Of a stretch of DNA of 64,000 nucleotides, positions 16,739-25,176 are shown piece by piece. A program made the position numbers and the translations under genes. The notes under the pieces are model-generated. The model saw nothing but the letters and a program-made list of their open reading frames with translations, ran no database searches and had not been told where the DNA came from. Origin of the DNA: Myxococcota bacterium (GTDB lineage: Bacteria > Myxococcota_A > UBA9160 > UBA4427); contig JBNLVL010000034.1 of assembly GCA_050618075.1 (NCBI GenBank), positions 271,268 to 335,267 of the forward strand. Direction: 5' to 3'. Positions within the stretch are counted from its first letter, which is position 1; every line of letters begins with the position of its first letter.

Positions 16739-19700
16739 ATGTCTGAAGCGCCCGTCCACTCGGTCTCCGACTCCTGGGTCCAGAAGGTCGCGCGGTGGAT
16801 CACCGACCACCGCTACTTCGTGGCCTCGATGCTCATCCTGTCCACGCTGTTCTTCTTCTACCCCATCCTGAACGCGATGCTGACCGGGGCGGGCCTCCCG
16901 CTGCCGGGACCCACGGTCCGGGTGGACACCGAGGCCCGCGCCCAGTGGCCCGACCATCCCTTCATCCACGCCCAGGACAAGTTCGCCGGCGTCTTCGGAA
17001 CCTCCTCGCTGGTCGCGATCGCCGTGGTGGTGGAGGAAGGCACGATCTTCACCCCCGAGGTGATCGCCAAGATCGACCGCATCACGAAGCGCTTGGACGG
17101 CCTCGGCTTCGACAGCAAGACCGACGAGCGGGACGATCTGCGCTGGGAGCTCGAGGAGCAGGGCCTCGAGGGTCCGGAGATCCAGAAGATCCTCGATCGG
17201 CGCTACCCGCCCTATCCGGTCAACCACTACCAGGTGAGCTCGGTCACCCACTCCGGAACCCGGGTGATCCAGATCGAAGCCTCGGGCGACATCACGAGCA
17301 GCACGCTCATGGGCGAGGTGCCGGAGACCCAGGAGGAGGCGGACGCCTTCGGAGCGCTGGTGCGCCAGAACCCGCCCATCATCTACGGGCGCTACGTCTC
17401 CCGCGACCAGAAGGGCGCGCTCATCACCGCGGGCTTCGTGACCGACCGCCTGAGCGGCCTGGAGACCTTCCAGGCGGTCTTCGATCACGTGGACCAGATC
17501 AAGCAGGACGAAGAGACCGACAACGTCCGGATCTACGTCTCGGGCGCGCCCATCCTGGTGGGCTGGATCCTGCGCCACGCCTACCAGATCGGCTTCTTCC
17601 TGCTGCTCTCGACCTCCACCATCTTCGGCCTGCTGTGGCTGTACTTCCGCCGCTGGCACGGCGTGCTCATCCCGCTCATCGCCGCCATCGCCACGGTGAT
17701 CTGGGGCTTCGGCTTCACCGGCTGGGTCGGGATCACCTTCGACCCACTCATCCTCGTGATTCCGAGCATCATCACCGCGCGCGCCATCTCACACACGGTG
17801 CAGATGGCGGAACGCTTCTTCGAAGACTACGAGACGATGCTCCCGCAGATCGGGGACCCGGAGCAGGCCAAGATCGAGGTGGCCACGGTGGCCATGGGCG
17901 AGCTGATCGTGCCGGGCACCCTGGGCATCGTCACCGACACGGTCGGACTGCTGGTGATCCTGGTGACGTCGATCCCGCAGATGCGCGACCTGGGCATCTT
18001 CGGCGCGTTCTGGGTGGCGAGCATCATCGTCACCGTGGAGATCCTGCACCCGATCCTCATCTGCTTCATGCCCGCCCCCACGGAGCACGAGCACTTCCTG
18101 CCGAACTTCATGATCCGGTTCACGCGGGCGGTGGGCAACGTCACGACCCACCCGCGCTGGAAGTACGCGATCGCGGGCGTCACCGTGCTGCTCTTCGTCA
18201 GCTCGACCTACATCACGCTCTTCCACTCCCAGGTGGGCGAAGCGCGGCCGGGCACCCCGCTGCTCTTCCCGGACCACCCGTGGAACGAGGCGACGGCCCA
18301 GATCGCCGAGCGGTTCGGGGGCATCGACTCGTTCGTCGTGTACGCCGACGGCGACAAGAAGGACGCCGCCGGCGACGCCGCGCCGATCCTGCGGATGGAG
18401 GAGTTCGAGCGCTGGATGTCGGCGTACACGAACCTGGGCACCACGGTCTCGGTGGTGCCCATCCTCCGTACGACATGGAGGATGAACCACTACGGGGACC
18501 CGAAGTGGCTGTTCGTGCCGAACGACCAGGCCACGGTGCGCCAGCAGCTCTTCCAGCTGCGCACCAACGGTCCCCCGGGATTCCTGCGCCCGTTCATGAC
18601 CGACGACGGGCGCCACGCCAACATCTCGTTCTTCTATCCGGACCACAAGGGAGAGACGATCCTGCAGGTGGTCGCGGCGAGCCGGGAGTTCATCAAGCGC
18701 AACCCGATCGGCGAGGTGATCGTGCGCCTGGAGAAGGACCACGCCGCGCCCGACGCGCCGTTCTTCAGCTACGACTCCCTGGCGGACAAGTGGTACTACA
18801 TGCTCGGGCCGCTGCTTCCGCCCCGGAACCACACCCTCAAGGTGAGCGTGCGCACCGACGACGGGACCTACGAGACCCGCACGGTCAACATGGTGAACGG
18901 AGGGGGCGAGGCCGACCTGCCCGAGTGGATCGAGGAGTTCCGCGAGAACGCCATCTACGACTACGAGGACAAGTTCGACTCGGTCGAGGAGGGTGAGATC
19001 TTCACCTGGCCCGAGACCCTGGCGGACTGGGACACCTCCGACGTGGACGCGTGGTGGGAGGACGGGGAGCTCGGCATCCGCGCGGTGGCCGTCAACACCA
19101 AGGACCTCATCGTGGAGGACCTGAAGGCCATCGACGCCGTCCCCAGCTATCAGTCGACGAACTCCTGGACGCGCGGCGTGCAGTTCGTGATGGCCGGCGG
19201 CCTGATGGGCATCATCGCCGCCATCGACGACGAGGTCGAACGCAGCCACGTCGCCAACATCGCGCTGATCTTCCTGGTGATCTTCGTCCTCCACTCGGTC
19301 ACGTACCAGTCGGTTCCCAGCGGCGCGATCATCCTGCTGCAGATCGCGACGGCGACGATGCTCTCCCTGGCCTACATGGCCCTGGCGGGCCTGGGCCTCA
19401 ACATCAACACCCTGCCGGTGCAGTCCGTCGGCGTCGGCATCGGAGTCGACTACGCGATCTACATCGTGGATCGCATCCGTCACGAGGTGGCGGACACCGA
19501 AGACATCGACGAAGCGGTCAGACGGGCGGTGCGTACGACGGGCATGGCCGTCTCGTTCACGGCGACCACCATCGTCGGGGGCATCATCACCTGGACGGCC
19601 TCCGACCTGCGCTTCCAGGCCGAGATGGCGCGCCTGCTCTCGATCCTGATGGTCATCAACATGTTCGGAGCCATCACGGTCGTGCCGGCCTTCTACTCGA

Positions 19701-19804
19701 TCCTGCGGCCCAAGGTGGCCACGGCCCTGCTCACCGACGAGCAGCGCGAAGCCCTCCGCCTCCAGCGGGAGGCCGAGCGCCGCAAGGGCCTGCTCGACGA
19801 CTGA
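16739..19804 (+). CDS. RND-superfamily MMPL-type transporter, 1021 aa
   Basis: Two 5-6-helix TM bundles (about aa 270-470 and 800-990), each preceded by a large soluble loop. The second loop carries an acidic, Trp-rich insert. ATG with an AGGA SD. Confidence 0.85.
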   Translation: MSEAPVHSVSDSWVQKVARWITDHRYFVASMLILSTLFFFYPILNAMLTGAGLPLPGPTVRVDTEARAQWPDHPFIHAQDKFAGVFGTSSLVAIAVVVEEGTIFTPEVIAKIDRITKRLDGLGFDSKTDERDDLRWELEEQGLEGPEIQKILDRRYPPYPVNHYQVSSVTHSGTRVIQIEASGDITSSTLMGEVPETQEEADAFGALVRQNPPIIYGRYVSRDQKGALITAGFVTDRLSGLETFQAVFDHVDQIKQDEETDNVRIYVSGAPILVGWILRHAYQIGFFLLLSTSTIFGLLWLYFRRWHGVLIPLIAAIATVIWGFGFTGWVGITFDPLILVIPSIITARAISHTVQMAERFFEDYETMLPQIGDPEQAKIEVATVAMGELIVPGTLGIVTDTVGLLVILVTSIPQMRDLGIFGAFWVASIIVTVEILHPILICFMPAPTEHEHFLPNFMIRFTRAVGNVTTHPRWKYAIAGVTVLLFVSSTYITLFHSQVGEARPGTPLLFPDHPWNEATAQIAERFGGIDSFVVYADGDKKDAAGDAAPILRMEEFERWMSAYTNLGTTVSVVPILRTTWRMNHYGDPKWLFVPNDQATVRQQLFQLRTNGPPGFLRPFMTDDGRHANISFFYPDHKGETILQVVAASREFIKRNPIGEVIVRLEKDHAAPDAPFFSYDSLADKWYYMLGPLLPPRNHTLKVSVRTDDGTYETRTVNMVNGGGEADLPEWIEEFRENAIYDYEDKFDSVEEGEIFTWPETLADWDTSDVDAWWEDGELGIRAVAVNTKDLIVEDLKAIDAVPSYQSTNSWTRGVQFVMAGGLMGIIAAIDDEVERSHVANIALIFLVIFVLHSVTYQSVPSGAIILLQIATATMLSLAYMALAGLGLNINTLPVQSVGVGIGVDYAIYIVDRIRHEVADTEDIDEAVRRAVRTTGMAVSFTATTIVGGIITWTASDLRFQAEMARLLSILMVINMFGAITVVPAFYSILRPKVATALLTDEQREALRLQREAERRKGLLDD

Positions 19805-19868
19805 GCGCGGGCGGGCCGCCGCAGTCGAGTACCCGGTCTTCGCGTACGGGACGCTCGAAGCCCCCGAG

Positions 19869-20246
19869 GTGGTCGAGCTCGTGCTGGGGCGCAGGCTGCC
19901 CGGCGTGGCCGCTCGGCTCGATGACTACGCGCGTCATCGGGTTCGCGGCGAGCTGTTCCCGGCCATCGTGCCGAGGAGCGGGGCCTCGACGCCGGGGACC
20001 CTGCTGCGCACGCTCGCCCCGGACGATCTCGCGCGCCTGGACTCCTTCGAGGGCGCTCTGTATCGGCGCTCGACGGTCGAGGTGTGCCTCGATGGAGGCC
20101 ACGCCCATGGGTCTCCGGGGACCGAGAGGGCATTCACCTACGTGCTTCGGGCGCGCTACGCCGACCGCCTGAGCGATGACGCGTGGAGTCGTGCGCGGCT
20201 CCATCGGGAGTGGCTCCCGATCCTCCTCGAGCGTTGGCGAAGTTGA
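19869..20246 (+). CDS. Gamma-glutamylcyclotransferase-like (AIG2/GGCT fold) ORF with an anomalous start
   Basis: Track ORF of 125 aa starting at GTG. The conserved N-terminal strand VEYPVFAYGTLEAPE is encoded in frame upstream (19824-19868) but has no ATG/GTG/TTG before it. Confidence 0.55.
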   Translation: MVELVLGRRLPGVAARLDDYARHRVRGELFPAIVPRSGASTPGTLLRTLAPDDLARLDSFEGALYRRSTVEVCLDGGHAHGSPGTERAFTYVLRARYADRLSDDAWSRARLHREWLPILLERWRS

Positions 20247-20253
20247 ATCACCA

Positions 20254-20271
20254 CGACACTAATGAGTGTCG
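20254..20271 (+). other. Perfect hairpin CGACACT-AATG-AGTGTCG just after the GGCT-like stop
   Basis: 7-bp stem and 4-nt loop. The T run (20283-20286) begins 12 nt later, so this is not a canonical intrinsic terminator. Confidence 0.3.
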
Positions 20272-20321
20272 ATTCGAACACATTTTCCCGCGCAATGCTC
20301 GATGGACATTGGAGAATTTCG

Positions 20322-20351
20322 TTGTCCTCGATCAATGACTCGGCGTATAAC
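20322..20351 (+). promoter_or_regulatory. Sigma70-like promoter candidate TTGTCC-N18-TATAAC for the giant OMP gene
   Basis: Lies in the only AT-rich stretch upstream of 20455. An AACAA-N7-TTGTT inverted repeat (20349-20365) overlaps the -10 and predicted start. Confidence 0.3.
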
Positions 20352-20454
20352 AAGTTTCAGTTGTTGTCGTAGGGGGGGCAGCCCGCGGTCGTTCACTGGG
20401 GAGAACGGCCACGGCGATCCGCAGGGTCGGCCGCCTCGAGATGCGGGGTGATCG

Positions 20455-23400
20455 GTGAAGACGATGCGCGAGTTCGAGTGGCGGAGGCAGCGATCCGGGC
20501 GCCCGCTCTCCTCCAGCCACGAGGGACCGAATCGCTCCGGTGTCCACCGCCCGCGTGCTCGACGCTCTGGGTGGCCGTCGGTCGCATGGCTCGCGCTGCT
20601 GGGAATCGCAGCCCTGTCGGCCGCCGCTCCGGCCCGCGCCTTCGAGGCCTTCGACGGTCGTTTCCAGGCTCACGGCTTCTTCGAGTCCCAGATGCGCGCG
20701 ATCAGCGCGGACTACGCCGAGCAGTGGGACATCGTCCAGTGGTACCAGATCTTCAACCTGGAGGTGGAGCTCGACATCCTGCCCGACGGGATCGGCTTCA
20801 TCGACTCCATCTCCGGGTTCGTGCGGGCCGAGGTCCGCTACGACTGCGTCTACTCCCGCGGCTGCGGGACGATGCGCAACGTGAACACCGTGGGAGACCG
20901 CGCGAAGCGGCTTCCGCGGCGACTCGCGAACGGCCGTGAGAACGTTGCCGCCGGCGCCTTCCTGGTGGAGCCCGAAGGCGAGCGCCTGTCCAAGAACCGC
21001 GACCCGGTGCCGTTGAGCGAGGTGGCGGGATTCAAGACCGCAGCCGAGCAGGAAGGAGCGGACAACCGGCTCGGCGGCGTGAAGACCTCGTGGACCAAGA
21101 GCGTGTTCGTCCAGGGCGAGGGCTTCCAGGAGACCACGATCCAGAGCCGCTTCGACGATCCGTTCCCCTACCTCTTCGAGCGCTTCGACGACTTCCGCTT
21201 CACCCACGTCCAGCAGATCGGTGGCGGGATGAACGGCCTGCCCGTGGCGATCATGGGCCCCTGGCTGCCCAAGAACTTCATCGTGGCCAACGCCGGCCTG
21301 GCCGATCGCATCAATCCCTTCGACGACTCGCGCCAGAGCCCCGTCGTGAAGGCCGCCGCCTACAACTCCGCCTTCAAGAGCAAGTACGTGGACGAGGGCC
21401 GGACGCTGGGACGACCGGAGCGGGCGGCCTCCTTCGCGCGCACGGTGACCGGCTCGGGCGCCCTGCCCTTCCGGCCGATCCCGCCCCAGGACGAGGGCAA
21501 CTACGGCGTCAAGAACGGACGGGCCCGGGGCATCTACATCCCCAGCCGGCCGGCGCGTGAGCTGATCCAGGCCGGCAAGATCGACGACTTCACCAACGCG
21601 CTGAACTTCCGCGAGTCCGAGCGCGCCTGGAACCGGGGCGCCAGCCAGCAGGACGAGAAGGAGCTGAAGGAGGCCTACCTCGACATCGACATGTTCGACA
21701 GCCGCCTCTGGCTGCGGATCGGCAAGCAGCAGATCGTCTGGGGCAAGACCGAGCTCTTCCGCACCACGGACCAGTTCAACCCCCAGGACGTCGCGCTCGC
21801 CTCGCTTCCCAGCCTGGAGGAGTCGCGGATCGCCCTCTGGTCGGCGCGCGCGGTCTACTCGTTCTACGAGGTGGGCCCCCTGGAGGACGTGCGCCTCGAG
21901 CTCGCGGTCAACTACGACGACTACGAGTCGGCGGACTTCGGCGCCTGCGGCGAGGCGTTCACCGTCAACCTGGTCTGCCAGGGCGCCTTCGGCGCCTTCG
22001 CCCACGGACTCACGGGCATCGGCCTGCTCGGCGCGCGCACGCCCGAGGACCCCTGGAACGACCGGCGCGGGATCGAGTTCGGCGGGCGACTGGAGTGGCG
22101 CTGGGACCGGTTCTCCTTCGCCATCAGCGACTTCTACGGCTACGACGACTTCCCCTACGTCGAGCGGGTGTCGACCTTCGAGCGCAACGTCGACCCGAAG
22201 TCGGGGCGGCCGCGGATCATGGGGTCCCGCAACCCCTGCCCGCAGGGCTACGAGGACGAGTGCCTCATGCCGGGCCCGAGCAAGAGCCGCACCAAGAGCA
22301 CGGTGGTCGGCCACTACAACGACCCCGACAACCAGAAGCGGCACCGCAAGGCCTACCGCTCGAAGCCGGACTCCTACCAGAACGTGCCCAAGGTGGCCTT
22401 CAACGACCCGAACAACGCACTGCTCAACCATTCGGCGAACCAGCAGGTCTTCGCCATGATCTGCGCCACCACGATCGGCGTGGTGGACCTCGACGGCTCC
22501 GCCTGCGCACAGAACGTGTTCGGATCGGTCGCGCCCGCACTCGATCTTCCCGGGGTCAACTTCACCGTCGGCCAGGCCGCCTCCGCCATCCTGGCCGGAT
22601 CGGAGCAGGCCGCCCGCCTGATCTTCCTGCGCACCGGCTTCAACCTCGCGGACTTCCTCGTCGAGCTCAACGCGGACATCAACGACGTCGGCGCCGGTAG
22701 CAACCCCAACACCACCCGTCTGGTCCGCCAGAACAACATCGACGCGGGTGGCAACATCTCGAACAAGGACCCCGGCGGGTCGAACAAGGCCCTGCGCCTC
22801 AGCACCGAGTGCCTGGACTACAACTTCAACCCGGCCGGGATGCCCTGCGGCGGCGTGCCGGTGGGCGACCCCAGGGCAGCGGGCTCCGGCGACTTCATGC
22901 GCGAGGGCCTGGCGCTGACCCAGAAGCTGTCTCCGTACCAGGAGGCCCTCATCGGCTGCGGTCCGTTCTTCGGAACCAACTGCGACGACTCGGGCATCGA
23001 CTGGCTGAACGCCGAGTACACGTCCATGATGCAGTCGTTCGTGGGCTTCGAGGGCACGCGGGCGGGCTGGCGCACCGACAACTCGCTGCTGGGCCCCCAG
23101 CCGGGCACCATCGGATTCGTCGGGGGCCCGGTCTGCCTGTCCAACTACCTCTGGCCCGAGGGCCACAAGAATCGCAGTCGTGGGGACATCCGGCTGCCCG
23201 GGTGCCGGAGCGCCTACAAGGCCGACGGCAGCGTGAAGGACCGGCGGGCCGGGAACCCCCTGCTGCTCGTCGAGTACAACGCCGCGAAGGACGGCTGCGT
23301 GCGCTACGACCCCAACGTGCCGGGCTGCAACGATCCTTCGCTGCGGACGCTCGAGCAGCCGATCCTCAAGATGACCCAGGGCGTGTCCCAGGTGTTCGAG

Positions 23401-24339
23401 AACGAGATGGCGGCGCTCTCCTGGAACTTCATGATGCTCACCGCGTCCCAGGACGACGAGTTCAAGAAGTTCCAGAAGCAGGCCAAGAAGAAGAAGATCG
23501 CCAAGCTCGCCGATCAGGGCATCAACGTCGGCGAGTCCGACCCCAGGGTCCAGAAGGCGAGCCGGAACGAGGCGCTGAAGGCAGGGCAGTGCAGCATGGT
23601 CACGCCGCAGTACTGCGAGAACATCCAGGGCCTGCTGCGGCTGGGCGGCATCTCGCGCCCGGACGTCAAGGCCTCGGGCAACGGCACCTTCGGGCGACGG
23701 TCCTTCACCTGGCACAACGGCGGCGAGCTGGTGATCCGCGCGAACAAGCGCAACGTGCTGGGCTTCTCCTCGGACTTCGCCATCGACAGCCTCAAGTCGA
23801 ACTTCAGCATGGAGTTCACCTGGATCCCGGACAATCCGCGCTCGAACACCGAGTCGTACGACGGCCTCATCGAGGTCGACCAGTACAACCTCACGGTCTC
23901 GGCGGACCGCCCCACCTTCATCAACTTCCTGAACGCCAACCGCACGTTCTTCTTCAACACCCAGTGGTTCTTCCAGTACCTGGACGGCTACCGGAAGGGC
24001 AGCGGAGCCGGCCCCTGGAACGTGCTCATGACCTTCGCGGTCACCACGGGCTACTACCAGGACCGGCTGCTCCCCACGGTGGCGGCGGTGTACGACTTCC
24101 GCTCCGTCTCCGGCGCGGTCCTGCCCCAGGTGACCTACCGGTACAACGAGGCGTTCTCGGTCACCGTGGGCGCCAACATCTTCATGGGCAAGGCCGATCA
24201 GGTCGACATGTCGGTGAACCCGGTGGCGCTCAGCAACCGTGTCCAGGGACGGCGCACCTACAAGAACCAGGCGGAGAACGGCCTGGCCGTGTTCAGGGAC
24301 CGCGACGAGGTCTTCGTCCGGCTCCGCTACACGTTCTAG
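20455..24339 (+). CDS. Giant (1294 aa) DUF1302-like outer-membrane beta-barrel protein
   Basis: Signal peptide ...VAWLALLGIAALSAAAPARA/FEAF. Motif EAYLDIDMFDSRLWLRIGKQQIVWGKTELFRTTDQFNPQD. C-terminal beta-signal ...VFVRLRYTF. Start is GTG 20455 or ATG 20464. Confidence 0.7.
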   Translation: MKTMREFEWRRQRSGRPLSSSHEGPNRSGVHRPRARRSGWPSVAWLALLGIAALSAAAPARAFEAFDGRFQAHGFFESQMRAISADYAEQWDIVQWYQIFNLEVELDILPDGIGFIDSISGFVRAEVRYDCVYSRGCGTMRNVNTVGDRAKRLPRRLANGRENVAAGAFLVEPEGERLSKNRDPVPLSEVAGFKTAAEQEGADNRLGGVKTSWTKSVFVQGEGFQETTIQSRFDDPFPYLFERFDDFRFTHVQQIGGGMNGLPVAIMGPWLPKNFIVANAGLADRINPFDDSRQSPVVKAAAYNSAFKSKYVDEGRTLGRPERAASFARTVTGSGALPFRPIPPQDEGNYGVKNGRARGIYIPSRPARELIQAGKIDDFTNALNFRESERAWNRGASQQDEKELKEAYLDIDMFDSRLWLRIGKQQIVWGKTELFRTTDQFNPQDVALASLPSLEESRIALWSARAVYSFYEVGPLEDVRLELAVNYDDYESADFGACGEAFTVNLVCQGAFGAFAHGLTGIGLLGARTPEDPWNDRRGIEFGGRLEWRWDRFSFAISDFYGYDDFPYVERVSTFERNVDPKSGRPRIMGSRNPCPQGYEDECLMPGPSKSRTKSTVVGHYNDPDNQKRHRKAYRSKPDSYQNVPKVAFNDPNNALLNHSANQQVFAMICATTIGVVDLDGSACAQNVFGSVAPALDLPGVNFTVGQAASAILAGSEQAARLIFLRTGFNLADFLVELNADINDVGAGSNPNTTRLVRQNNIDAGGNISNKDPGGSNKALRLSTECLDYNFNPAGMPCGGVPVGDPRAAGSGDFMREGLALTQKLSPYQEALIGCGPFFGTNCDDSGIDWLNAEYTSMMQSFVGFEGTRAGWRTDNSLLGPQPGTIGFVGGPVCLSNYLWPEGHKNRSRGDIRLPGCRSAYKADGSVKDRRAGNPLLLVEYNAAKDGCVRYDPNVPGCNDPSLRTLEQPILKMTQGVSQVFENEMAALSWNFMMLTASQDDEFKKFQKQAKKKKIAKLADQGINVGESDPRVQKASRNEALKAGQCSMVTPQYCENIQGLLRLGGISRPDVKASGNGTFGRRSFTWHNGGELVIRANKRNVLGFSSDFAIDSLKSNFSMEFTWIPDNPRSNTESYDGLIEVDQYNLTVSADRPTFINFLNANRTFFFNTQWFFQYLDGYRKGSGAGPWNVLMTFAVTTGYYQDRLLPTVAAVYDFRSVSGAVLPQVTYRYNEAFSVTVGANIFMGKADQVDMSVNPVALSNRVQGRRTYKNQAENGLAVFRDRDEVFVRLRYTF

Positions 24340-24371
24340 CCGAGGCCGTCGGAGGCCGGGGGGCAGGCGGC

Positions 24372-25175
24372 GTGAAGGACATCCTCGACTACGCTGGACG
24401 AACGGTCGTGGTCTCGGGGTGTGCCACCGGCATGGGGGCTGCGGCGGCCCGCACCCTCGTGGACCTCGGCGCCGAGGTCCACGCGCTCGACGTGAAGCCC
24501 GTCGAGATCGCCGTGAAGCAGAGCCTCGCGGTCGACCTTCGCGACCGCGACTCCATCGACCAGGCGGTCTCCCGGCTGCCCGCCGCCGTCGACGTGCACT
24601 TCAACTGCGCCGGTCTCCCTGGACCTCCGTTCTCCACGCTCGACACCATGCTGGTCAACTTCGTCGGACTCCGTCACCTGACCGAGGCGGTGCTGCCGCG
24701 AGTGCCCCGGGGCGGCGCCGTCGCGAGCATCACCTCGGTGGCCGGCATGGGCTATCGCAAGAACATCGACGCCGTGAACGAGCTGCTCGCTACCCCCGAC
24801 TTCGAGTCGGGCCGGGCCTGGTGCGCCGACAACCCGGAGAAGGCCAACGGCTACCTCTTCTCCAAGCAGTGCATCATCGCGTACACCCTGCGTCGCGCCG
24901 CCGAGCTGGCCCCCGACGGCATCCGCGTGAACTGCCTGAGCCCGGCGCCGACCGATACGCCGATGATGGACGACTTCGAGAGCCAGATCGGCAAGGACTT
25001 CATGGTCGAGCACTTCCAGGCCCCCGTGGGCCGCAACGCGACCCCCGAGGAGATGGCCGAGCCCCTGGTCTTCCTGGGCAGCCGCGCGGCCCGCTTCGTG
25101 AGCGGCGTGAACCTCTTCGTCGACTTCGGCTACACGGCCGCGGTCGACGCGGGGCTGCGACCGGCGCTGCTCTGA
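24372..25175 (+). CDS. SDR oxidoreductase resembling 3alpha-hydroxysteroid dehydrogenase/carbonyl reductase (CalA/HsdA type)
   Basis: GTG 24372 inside track ORF 22809..25175. Contains VVVSGCATGMGAA, NCAGLPGP, catalytic YLFSK, and IRVNCLSPAPTDTPM. Confidence 0.85.
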   Translation: MKDILDYAGRTVVVSGCATGMGAAAARTLVDLGAEVHALDVKPVEIAVKQSLAVDLRDRDSIDQAVSRLPAAVDVHFNCAGLPGPPFSTLDTMLVNFVGLRHLTEAVLPRVPRGGAVASITSVAGMGYRKNIDAVNELLATPDFESGRAWCADNPEKANGYLFSKQCIIAYTLRRAAELAPDGIRVNCLSPAPTDTPMMDDFESQIGKDFMVEHFQAPVGRNATPEEMAEPLVFLGSRAARFVSGVNLFVDFGYTAAVDAGLRPALL

Positions 25176-25176
25176 G

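Noticed and set aside
19802-19830. Programmed +1 frameshift fusing the GGCT-like domain to the MMPL C-terminus
   Set aside because: The context GAC-GAC-TGA-G offers no slippery re-pairing for the P-site tRNA and no stimulatory SD-like element. An assembly indel or a pseudogene is more parsimonious.
20266-20451. 61-aa ORF in the AT-rich region upstream of the giant OMP gene
   Set aside because: It has atypical low-GC composition, Cys/Arg-rich junk sequence and no SD. The region is better explained as a promoter and leader.
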